64,000 bases of DNA from Patescibacteria group bacterium (GTDB lineage: Bacteria; Patescibacteriota; Patescibacteriia; UBA9934; CAMTUG01): the NCBI GenBank assembly GCA_038065815.1, contig JBBTQF010000012.1, forward strand, positions 1,663 to 65,662. Direction: 5' to 3'. Every line of letters starts with the position of its first letter. The stretch's first letter is position 1. The position numbers and the translations under genes were made by a program. Positions 18,897 through 27,800 of this stretch are shown one piece after another. Under the pieces are notes generated by a model, which saw only the letters and a program-made list of their open reading frames with translations, was not told the origin of the DNA and made no database searches.

Positions 18897-19599
18897 CTAC
18901 CTGCCTGGACTACTCGGTCCGGGCAGTTTCTTTACAATCAAAATCAATCTGGGGCTTGTGAGCCTGTATGAATGAAATTGATAATCTCCCACGACCGATT
19001 CAATGCGAAGCCCAGCCTTACGAAGCCACACTTGCCACATGGGGAGGACAGGATATGGCACGACCAGACCATGACGCTTATCCACCAGTTCCAGTCGTTG
19101 CGCATCGAAGATGTAATTGGATTTTGGATTTTTTTGTAAATAACTCATAAGACTAAAAATGTTGTCTGTGTCCAAAAGAAGGCGGCCGCCGATCTTCATG
19201 TTGCGACTGATAGATAAGAGCGCTTTCTCTGGATCGATGCTCGCCAGGTCGGAAAAAAACCAGTAGGCACGGTCGTATTTTTTTTGAGGACGAGGTTAGT
19301 CACATCCGCCCAGAAGAACGTCGGTTGATGTTTGAGCGTCTTGTCGCTCGATTTTTTTGCCAGGGTGAGAAGATACGGGGAAAAATCAACCCCGTCCACG
19401 GAATATCCACGACGCGCCAGCGCCAGCACGTGGCGTCCTTGGCCGCAAGCGATATCTAATATCGATTGGCGTTTGTTCAACCCAAGTGCTTTACTAAAAA
19501 CGCAGTATCTTTTCCCACGTCTGCTTCTTGCAGAAATCGGGCATGTTCGCGCAAGTATGCCCCGTGCATCCCGTAATAATATTTTGTTCCTTTCGTCAT
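18897..19599 (-). pseudogene. Class I SAM methyltransferase with two frameshifts
   Basis: Three frames join: MTKGTKYYYG..AFLV / KALGL..ILDIACGQGRH..GVDFS / KKYDRAYWFFSD..GGRLLLD; breaks at A-runs. Confidence 0.75.
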
Positions 19600-19650
19600 A
19601 TCGGATGCGGGCTTTCGGGAGATAGTATAACACGGCTTTAGGCAGAAATC

Positions 19651-19757
19651 GGGTCAGGCCGGGAATCCAAATTCCTGATTCCAATGCCTGATTCCAGACC
19701 TGACCCAATCCCTTACAACGCACAATAAACGGCCTGACCCCATTACTCCGACCCCAT
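19651..19757. repeat. REP-like doublet variant (19651-19706) plus extra arm (19731-19743) and degenerate tandem copy
   Basis: GGGTCAGGCCGGGAATC...GATTCCAGACCTGACCC; GGCCTGACCCCAT; CCGACCCCAT. Confidence 0.8.
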
Positions 19758-19768
19758 TACTCCCATCA

Positions 19769-20548
19769 TCACAACGTGGACAAACACCATTCCTCCAATT
19801 GCGTGCGCGGAGTTGCGAGCAGTGCTTGTAAATCTAGTCCTCGAGTCGCCACAATTGATTCAATGATAGACAGGGCTATGAAATATCCCGCGCGATAGCG
19901 ATAAATATCGTCCGGATCGTTGGCAAAAAATAAGTCTAGCGCGAGTCCGTCAATGTCATTCCAGTGTTCGCGCATGAAGGTACGAAGAGCCGGCTGCTCC
20001 TGTACACAGGCATTCATCCAAACCATGCATTCTGCTTCGGGAATATAATCCGCCCAAAGAGCATCCTCGGCAGAAAAGCTCATCAGCGTTTTTGTCACAT
20101 ACAGAGCAACCCCCTCTGTCATCAGCTGCCTGCCGAGATGATTTTTCTCTTCGTGTGTGTGGAAAAAATATTCAGGGCGTGAGAGATAGTGAAGACCATG
20201 CACAATTTCGTGCGTTAAAAAAACGCCTACCTGCCGCTCGGTGGAGTAGGCCTCAAGCGGAATCCACACCAATGCGCGGTCGTCCTCAATAATGGCATGT
20301 CCGTTACTCGTTCCCTGACCGATCATCAAAACGAGGTCAATTTTATCAAGAGCAAAACCGTTTTCGGAAAAAGCTCTCTGTATATAAGGAAGGCGCGAGG
20401 ATATAAGAACGCGTGACTGTTGTATACGCTCCGTCTCATACGCAGGAATCTCACGCGTCTTTCGTTTGCCCCAATAGGAAAAGTAGTGCTCGAAAAGTTG
20501 AGTTCGGACAGGAGACGGCTGCTGATGCGTAAAATCAATAATGCGCAT
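19769..20548 (-). CDS. Putative Zn-dependent protease (DUF2268-like)
   Basis: THEIVH (HExxH), downstream EGVA, C-terminal AGYFI. Confidence 0.7.
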   Translation of the reverse strand: MRIIDFTHQQPSPVRTQLFEHYFSYWGKRKTREIPAYETERIQQSRVLISSRLPYIQRAFSENGFALDKIDLVLMIGQGTSNGHAIIEDDRALVWIPLEAYSTERQVGVFLTHEIVHGLHYLSRPEYFFHTHEEKNHLGRQLMTEGVALYVTKTLMSFSAEDALWADYIPEAECMVWMNACVQEQPALRTFMREHWNDIDGLALDLFFANDPDDIYRYRAGYFIALSIIESIVATRGLDLQALLATPRTQLEEWCLSTL

Positions 20549-20604
20549 AAAGGATGAGCCCGGCCCGCGCGTAACGCGGACCGGGCATGAGGTGGGTCGC
20601 TACT

Positions 20605-21270
20605 TCACGCCACCCGGCGGTTCGCCAGGTCGTCGGTGAGGGACCCGAAGTTGTTGAAGCTGTACCACAGCTCGGTCGAGATGAGCGCCGAGGCAAGGAA
20701 CAGGGCGTGGAAGTTGTGCCAGCCGGTGTAGAGCTTGGCGAACGCGGGGCGGATGTTGCCCACGCGGTTTTCCTCGAGCACCCGATGCACCTGGCCGGGG
20801 AGGGCCACGACGATCTCGATCTGCGTGATGAGGCGCTCGGTGTCGGACCTGAGCATCGCGATGCGCTCGTCGAACGTGTCGAGCATGCGGTAGAAGCCAC
20901 CGGAGCACATGATCTCCTGCGCCTCGTTCCACCTGATCTGGTCGACGCGCTGGCTCGTGACGAGGGAGTCGCCGACCGCCGCCAGGTCCACCGTCTTGAG
21001 CGACGGCAGATCCTCGTAGCCGTTCTCGTCCATCTGGCCGCGCAGGTCGGCGACACAGGCGGACATGCTGTTGAGCTCGTCGATGGAGGCGCGCAGGTTC
21101 TCGATGATGGGCGCCGTGTCACCGGTCTCACCGTCGAGCTCGCACAGGATGACGTCCTCCAGTCTCACGTTGGCCGTCTCCAGCCGCACGGTCGCGAGCG
21201 ACAGGAAGCGCGAGAGACGCGTCGAGTTCTTCAGGTAGCTACTACACGGTTGGTGATTTTTACCACCCAT
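20605..21270 (-). CDS. Hypothetical helical protein, high GC3
   Basis: 221-aa ORF with strong codon bias, SD-like AAGGA, upstream TTGACA and downstream hairpin 20556-20586. Confidence 0.65.
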   Translation of the reverse strand: MGGKNHQPCSSYLKNSTRLSRFLSLATVRLETANVRLEDVILCELDGETGDTAPIIENLRASIDELNSMSACVADLRGQMDENGYEDLPSLKTVDLAAVGDSLVTSQRVDQIRWNEAQEIMCSGGFYRMLDTFDERIAMLRSDTERLITQIEIVVALPGQVHRVLEENRVGNIRPAFAKLYTGWHNFHALFLASALISTELWYSFNNFGSLTDDLANRRVA

Positions 21271-21497
21271 GGCGGTTTATCCTTTTCCCCGATTGGGGAC
21301 GTTATGCACGAGAATGTACCCTTTCATTTTCACACACGTTTCCAATAGATGTCAACGACAAAGAAATGGGGGTGAGGCACGGATAACGGGTTTCGGGTAA
21401 CTCGAATAACCGCCGTCCTCGAGGTACGGGCGGGGGCTTGATTCTATTGGTCCATCCCATGCCTCGGGGACGGGATTGGGCAGTGCAAGTGATTCCC

Positions 21498-21546
21498 GAT
21501 TCCCGGCCTGACCCCATCTGCACTAAAACCCAAGACCTGATCCCAT
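21498..21546. repeat. Two REP-like arms (21498-21517, 21533-21546); degenerate left arm at 21366-21382
   Basis: GATTCCCGGCCTGACCCCAT and AGACCTGATCCCAT. Confidence 0.75.
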
Positions 21547-21552
21547 TCCCGC

Positions 21553-21766
21553 ACCAGATTCAACGATCTGGGCGAACTCGTAGAAGCCAACCACACCCAG
21601 ATGCGGTACTATAATCATCGATGGATCCACTCGAGCCTCAAAATGCCGCCAGTAGCCTTCCGAACCAGGCACGAAAATAAAACAACGGCCATGATGGCCG
21701 CCTAACTCAACTCATTCATCGTCGGTTTAAGGAAACAAAAGTGTCTAAAAAATGAGGGCCATACCA
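21553..21766 (+). mobile_element. 3' remnant of an IS3-family element (integrase C-terminus plus right end)
   Basis: TRFNDLGELVEANHTQMRYYNHRWIHSSLKMPP..* (YYN.R.HS.L...P motif), then GTGTCTAAAAAATGAGGGCCATACCA ending in CA. Confidence 0.7.
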
Positions 21767-21786
21767 CTCCGCCTTCGTCGTGTTGA

Positions 21787-23004
21787 TTGTTGCAAAACCT
21801 TGTGAACCAAACTGTCGTTAAAAAGAACATTTTAAACTACTATCTTGCGCACGTGTTTAGTGGTGTATCTTTTATTTTACCAATTACCGTTCTTTACTAC
21901 TCTTCTTTTGGGTTGTCTTTTCTCGCCATTGGTTCGTTGGAATCTATTTTCCTTCTTGTCGGTTTGGTCTTCGAAATACCTACAGGCGTTATTGCGGATC
22001 TTATTGGTCGCAGGCGAATGAGCGGATTGGGTATGCTTTTGATCGCCTTTGGAATGCTCGTTGTTGGTCTTGGTAGCACTTATCTGGCTTTTGTTGTTGG
22101 ACAACTTCTTTTTGGAATTGGAGCAGCAATGCGATCCGGTGCCGACGCGGCACTTATGTATGATTCTTTGGACGCTCATAATCAGGCCGATCGCTACGGT
22201 CGTGTTGAAGGTCGCAGTTTTGCTTTATTTAGTATCTTTGGGGCCATAGCCGCTCCAATAGGGGCTTGGCTTTTTGTTATTAACCGTCGACTACCATTTT
22301 TTTTGGACGCCATTTTTATTACTATTGCCGCTCTATTTTATGGGCTAATGGTGGAGGTGAGGCGGCTGAAGTTAGAACAGCGGCCCAAACCTTTTAAGCA
22401 AATTTTTCTGGAGGGCATCAAAGATATTATTACTAAACCGATTGTCGGATGGTACATTGCGACGACAGTCTTTCTCTCATTGATTGCTGCTGTCTTTGTC
22501 AGTCTCATCAACCAGCCACTATTGGTTGCTAGCGGGCTTTCCGTTCAAGAAATTGGGTACCTCTTTGTTCCTGTCTTGATACTACAGGCCATTGTGTCCG
22601 TTTTCGCTGAGAAGGTAGAGAAGCGATTAAAGGAGCGGCTGTGTCTTTTTATTATCATTCTTCTTCCTGGGATTTCTTTATTGCTGATGGGGACAAAAGT
22701 TGCTTTGCTCATTTTTCTCGGTCTTCTTCTTTTTAGCGGCAACAAGGGTTTCCACTATCCTATTATGAAACAATTTCTTCAACACCGTCTTAATACAGGC
22801 ACTCGAGCCACAACGTTGTCAATACAAAACTTTATTGATAGTCTCGCTGGGATTATTTTCTTGCCGGTGTTTGGATTTTTGCTTGATTCGGCCTCGATTG
22901 TGACAAGTACTCGTTGGATCGGTGTAGGCGCACTAATTGTTGGACTGTTTCTTTTATTATCTCGAAAATGGAGTCAGATCACTGGTATTTTTAGAAGGAT
23001 CTAA
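21787..23004 (+). CDS. MFS transporter
   Basis: EIPTGVIADLIGRR motif A, SGADAALMYDSL, RATTLS; about 12 TM helices; AT-rich. Confidence 0.9.
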   Translation: MLQNLVNQTVVKKNILNYYLAHVFSGVSFILPITVLYYSSFGLSFLAIGSLESIFLLVGLVFEIPTGVIADLIGRRRMSGLGMLLIAFGMLVVGLGSTYLAFVVGQLLFGIGAAMRSGADAALMYDSLDAHNQADRYGRVEGRSFALFSIFGAIAAPIGAWLFVINRRLPFFLDAIFITIAALFYGLMVEVRRLKLEQRPKPFKQIFLEGIKDIITKPIVGWYIATTVFLSLIAAVFVSLINQPLLVASGLSVQEIGYLFVPVLILQAIVSVFAEKVEKRLKERLCLFIIILLPGISLLLMGTKVALLIFLGLLLFSGNKGFHYPIMKQFLQHRLNTGTRATTLSIQNFIDSLAGIIFLPVFGFLLDSASIVTSTRWIGVGALIVGLFLLLSRKWSQITGIFRRI

Positions 23005-23040
23005 GCGCCGACGCACTTAGATCCTTATTTCGAACCGGAT

Positions 23041-23937
23041 GGGGTCAGGCCTGTGATCTGTGATGAGATAGCTTGGCTATGCGACAAACAGTAGTTCCTG
23101 CCAAGCCCAAAAACTTTGCTACTGCTTTCCCGGAATACTCAAAATAATTAAGTGCCAGCGCGATCGCCGCATCACGCTCCTGTTGAGTCGCAACTCCATC
23201 AAACAAAACTTTCAATGTTGGCCTACCGTCCATCCTTTGTGCGGCAACAATCTCATCTGCTGAGACACTCATATCAACTCGATCGCGCACTTCATGAATG
23301 AACTGCTCCGATCCTAAAATTCCACCCTTGCCAACAGCATCAAAAGGCGACGTACGCCCGATGCCGTCTTGAATAAAACTTCGATATGCTTTCTCCCTGC
23401 CTTGTTTACGATTGCTAAAATGTCCCAATGCATCCTTCTTCGCCAACCAATCTGGCGCCACCTCCAGACCAGCCAAGGCTCGATAGCTGCTCCATTGATA
23501 ATCCGACGGGTCATCAACCATTTTTGCCCGCACAGGATTAAGCACCACATAACGAATAACCTCGAGAAGATATTCCTGCTCCTCAACCAAAAAAGCCTTA
23601 AATCGCCCTTGAAATAAGTGGCCGACGTGTTTGTGTTTGGCGTTGTACCATTGCGTGTAAGTCGCGTTAAGATTTTGCATTCCTTTGGACAACGTGGGAT
23701 CGATCGTCTCAATAACAAAATGATAGTGATTGCCCATCAAACAATAACTGTAGCAACGCCAATTAAACTTTTTCAGTACTGACGAAAAAATGAAAAGAAA
23801 CTGTTCGCGATCTTGATCGGAAAGAAAAATTGAACTCCTTGCGTTGCCGCGAGTAGTGATGTGATAAAAAGCACCTGGAAATTCGATGCGTAGAGGGCGC
23901 ATTAATGTATGGTATCACACATCACAGACCTGACCCC
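23041..23937 (-). mobile_element. HUH transposase unit bounded by 23-bp inverted repeats
   Basis: Left GGGGTCAGGCCTGTGATCTGTGA; right (reverse complement) GGGGTCAGGTCTGTGATGTGTGA; the ORF stop TGA lies inside the left arm. Confidence 0.85.
23045..23902 (-). CDS. REP-associated-type Y1/HUH tyrosine transposase with C-terminal HTH
   Basis: RPLRIEFPGAFYHITTRGN, MGNHYH (HUH), GHLFQGRF, YVVLNPVRA (catalytic Tyr), WSSY, C-terminal HTH. Confidence 0.92.
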   Translation of the reverse strand: MRPLRIEFPGAFYHITTRGNARSSIFLSDQDREQFLFIFSSVLKKFNWRCYSYCLMGNHYHFVIETIDPTLSKGMQNLNATYTQWYNAKHKHVGHLFQGRFKAFLVEEQEYLLEVIRYVVLNPVRAKMVDDPSDYQWSSYRALAGLEVAPDWLAKKDALGHFSNRKQGREKAYRSFIQDGIGRTSPFDAVGKGGILGSEQFIHEVRDRVDMSVSADEIVAAQRMDGRPTLKVLFDGVATQQERDAAIALALNYFEYSGKAVAKFLGLAGTTVCRIAKLSHHRSQA

Positions 23938-24098
23938 ATCATTCTCATCCCACCGACCCCATCCCTGTGGATAAACTGCTATTGACGAAGGGGGATTGAT
24001 TTATTTGATGAAATATGGTACGTTCAAATCGAGGCAATCAACCAATGCTGGCCTCCACAGCATCAATCTTCCGGAAACCTTCCGGAAAGAGGTGAGTC

Positions 24099-24740
24099 AT
24101 GAGCAACCTGCTCCTCGCCCTGCTGATCTTCGGATGCCAGGGCCCCATCAACGGCTCGGAGAACCCGGGCGATACCAACCCGTCCGACGCGGACACCGAC
24201 GCCGACGCGGATGCGGACGAGACGGAAGTCACGTTCACGTCCACGGTCACCTACGCGCAGCGCGTCGACGAAGAGATTGTCGTCAGCGTAGTGGAGACCG
24301 ACGGAATCGGCTTCAACGTGCTCGATGGCGACGACACGGACGACGATGTCCTGTGGAACGCACAGACGGTCTACACCGACATGATCGTGCTCGACGAATC
24401 CTGGGCGCGGGTCGACCACACGGACAGCTACGGCGTGCACTGGGTGAGCGATCTGGTGGACGTCAACAGCGCCGCGGTGCAGCTCAAGCCCTGCGTGGAC
24501 CTCACCGGCACGTGGAACTGCTACAACCCCGAACGGCCCGAAGGCGCCGACGACGAAGAGTTCGAGATGAGCTCCTGCACCGCGAACACGACGATGGACG
24601 AAGACGTGAAGACGGACGGATACCACTTCACTTCGGAAGACAACGACGGGTTCATGTCGCAGGACGGCAAGATGCTCGACCTCAACGCATACGGCGACAC
24701 AGGCAACCTGCTCGGCCAGATGATCTGCGACAAGCAGTAG
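24099..24740 (+). CDS. Acidic lipoprotein with DTDADADAD tract
   Basis: Lipobox LIFG-C, SD GAGGTG, high GC3, terminator accgctccaagg/ccttggagcggt at about 24790-24818. Confidence 0.75.
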   Translation: MSNLLLALLIFGCQGPINGSENPGDTNPSDADTDADADADETEVTFTSTVTYAQRVDEEIVVSVVETDGIGFNVLDGDDTDDDVLWNAQTVYTDMIVLDESWARVDHTDSYGVHWVSDLVDVNSAAVQLKPCVDLTGTWNCYNPERPEGADDEEFEMSSCTANTTMDEDVKTDGYHFTSEDNDGFMSQDGKMLDLNAYGDTGNLLGQMICDKQ

Positions 24741-24871
24741 TCAGGCCTACCGAGCGCACCTTCAACGACATCTCAATCGCGCTTCACCCACCGCTCCAAG
24801 GTTCACCTTGGAGCGGTTTCGCGTCTAAAGACATAGGCGGGGCATGGTAACCCCGCCTATCTGCTTTCGAT

Positions 24872-27800
24872 CTACGGCTCCACTCGGATTACCCCTTCGT
24901 AATATACCCACGGATCGTCCTCGGCAAACGAATCAAAATCCATATTACCGTCTGGTCGTTCAAGTTCACATTCATTATCCGCACTACTCGTATCCATATC
25001 TTCCATAGATCCATAGCAACTATCCCCATTACCAGGATTGGTTTCCGTATCCGGACACTCCCCCGTACACCACCCCCAATTATCACGCACGTGAATGCGA
25101 GGGCGGTAGACGCAGGCGGTGCCGTCAGCACATGGGGTTGAGTCTGGCAGACCATCACCGTCTTCATCTAGATTGTCGCAAGTCTCAAGTGTTACTACGA
25201 AACTCTCCGTGCAGGTATAGACATGGGAATAATTGTAGTAAGCGGATGTACAGGCGTCTGCCTCTTCGCCCCAATTCTCCGGACTCTCACCACAAAACTC
25301 TTCATTGTATTCATCCAACCCTCGAGCATTCTTGTAATAGTTGTTACTGCTTGTACTGCCAAACTGATCCGATCCGTCATCTTCATCTTGCCAGTCAATG
25401 ATCATACGGCGAATCGGCATCTGGTTGGCGTTAGCCTCCACGTAGAACTTGATGTCAGCTAGGAACTGCCCACTTGTTCCTGTGAGATTCTCATCATCAT
25501 AGCCATTGATAGAGAAAGAGTCGTTGGAGCCTTCTTGGCAGAGGTCGTCTACACAAGTGGAGCCGATGGAACGGACGATGGGGGCGGATGGGGTCGTCTC
25601 ATCTTGGTAGCTATCGCCAGTTGCTGTTACGTCAGAATAATGATCGGCCGGCGACAAATCTGCAGAACCGCTAGAACTGGTGTTAGAGCTTGATATCTCA
25701 ACTCCATCTCCATAACCCCCCGTTCCATCTCCACCATCCTTATCCCATGAGAAAAGCGTCAAAGTTTTGGCAAAGATTTGGCTTATGCCAGTCAAAAAGT
25801 CATTTAAATTTATTACTGCACTATCATACATATTATATGCACGAGCCTCCGGGTCGCTTGAGTCACCCAGCCCATCTTCGTAATAAGGTGCAAAACCATA
25901 ATATGAAGAAGAGTCGCATGTCCCATCAGCCTCTGTAAGGTAACTTGCTGTGCCAGACTCACTCACCACACAGGACAATATGCGAGCTGGAGCGGGATCA
26001 TTCCAGTCTGTCTCATTCAGCTCATCTGGAGACCATGCCGCGCCGAACGGAGCGCGGGCTGTTTTATTTGTATACTCGAATCTATCGTCCACAGCGCTGA
26101 TCTGATATGTCTCATACAACAAACGATTCGTCCACGCACGATTCCCTTCCGTAGACGCAACATTTACAAGCGTGGTACAGGCTGGATATACCCCTTGATC
26201 AAAATACAAACCCGACCAATATTTTGGACACGTAGTCCATGACCACGTTGGGCAATTGTTAAAATAAGAATCGAAATTTACATCAAAAATTGCATCGGTT
26301 CCCCCGGCTTCCATAGCCGCATAATCAAATCCCATGATCTTGCAATCCGCATAATACTCAAGCAGATTAGCAAATTCATCCGTACCGGACATCATCTTGT
26401 AAACACGATTTCCATCGGAACTTAATGGGCTGAAATACCCAGCTTCATAATCAACATCACTCTTTTTTAACGCATAAACACCCTCACCGCCGTCAATATC
26501 GTCCAAGATTCCCATGTCTTCCAGCGCCTGCGGATCATAACACGGCTCACCAAAATAATCACTCTCTTTATCCGTGTGAAACGGAACATATCCGCGTGTG
26601 GCGGTTTCATTATATAAATCCCTAACGTCATCATCATCTTCTCCACCGAGCTGTTCCGGATCTCCCGGGACACAAATATACGGATGATCGTTATAATCTG
26701 ACGTTGCTCCTCTGTCATTTTGACATTCGGCAAAATAGTTGTCACCATCTTCCGCGCTGTCCGTATCACCGGTATCGGGATCGGCATCGGTATAGATACA
26801 GCGCCCGAGAACGGCGTAATCACCTTTCGGGCAGACCGCGTTACCGTCACCGCGCAAAAGATCTTTCCAAGAGAAAACTCTATCGCCGTCGTCGTTCTCC
26901 TCTAGAGACCAGCAATCATGCGATGATTCATGCTCCGCACATGCAATACCACTCGTGCCACTCGTTTCCTCAATACTAAAATCTGAAACCGGGACATCAA
27001 CATAATAATCACTTTCTCCGCAATAGTACGTATTCGTCAGCGGATACCCCGCCTCCTCATACTTACCATAGATGTCGCTTGCGCCTGAAAGTTGATCAAG
27101 AGGCAACCAAGTTAGGCAGGCATCACTGTTAGAGTCCCCATTGACTTGCGTGCGTGCGTCGCGTTCAAGACAGTACCCTTGCCAACCCACAAGAGCCTGT
27201 TGGCCAGTAATAAATTGGCATGATCCTCCCGCTTCTTCACAGGTGGTATCCATGACATTGTAAATCGTGTTGTCAACCGCGCTGTCTATGCAAACAGCGC
27301 CGTCATACGTTCCGCCACTGCACACGCGACTGGCCGCATTTTCCGCGCCTTCGTCATAATAACGCGTAAGCGAACCATAGCTCACTTTGTCATACGAACA
27401 ATCACACTCCTCGCCTGCGACGCACAATGTTACGCGCTCAAACGTGGACTTTCGCTCGTAGGCTTTTGAGGAGTTTACCGTAGGGTCTTCCGAATCAATA
27501 CCAATCGCAGAATCACTGCTCTTCGTATTCGTATCCGTACGTTCCTTCGGGCCCAGAGCAGAATTCGCCCACGTCTCCACCACGCTATTTCCAAACGGCG
27601 CGTTAGCCTCCGGCCACCCACGGCAGTCGAGCTCTTCTCCTTCTGCCGGCTCAAATGTCTCGGCTTCACCGCTACCATCATCATCCTTTGGATCGAGCAA
27701 GCACTTGTCGTTATAACAGGCACCTGTCTGCGTTGAGGCTGACTGAACGCACGAAGCCGTGCCAATGCCAGAACACTTTAGAGTGTCGCCTTCACACGCT

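Noticed and set aside
20587-21348. 253-aa plus-strand and 198-aa alternative-frame ORFs
   Set aside because: Shadows of the codon-biased 20605-21270 gene.
9747-23939. Repeats as a CRISPR array or classical integron attC sites
   Set aside because: Spacing is irregular and kb-scale; no cas genes, no tyrosine-recombinase integrase, and no RYYYAAC/GTTRRRY ends seen.
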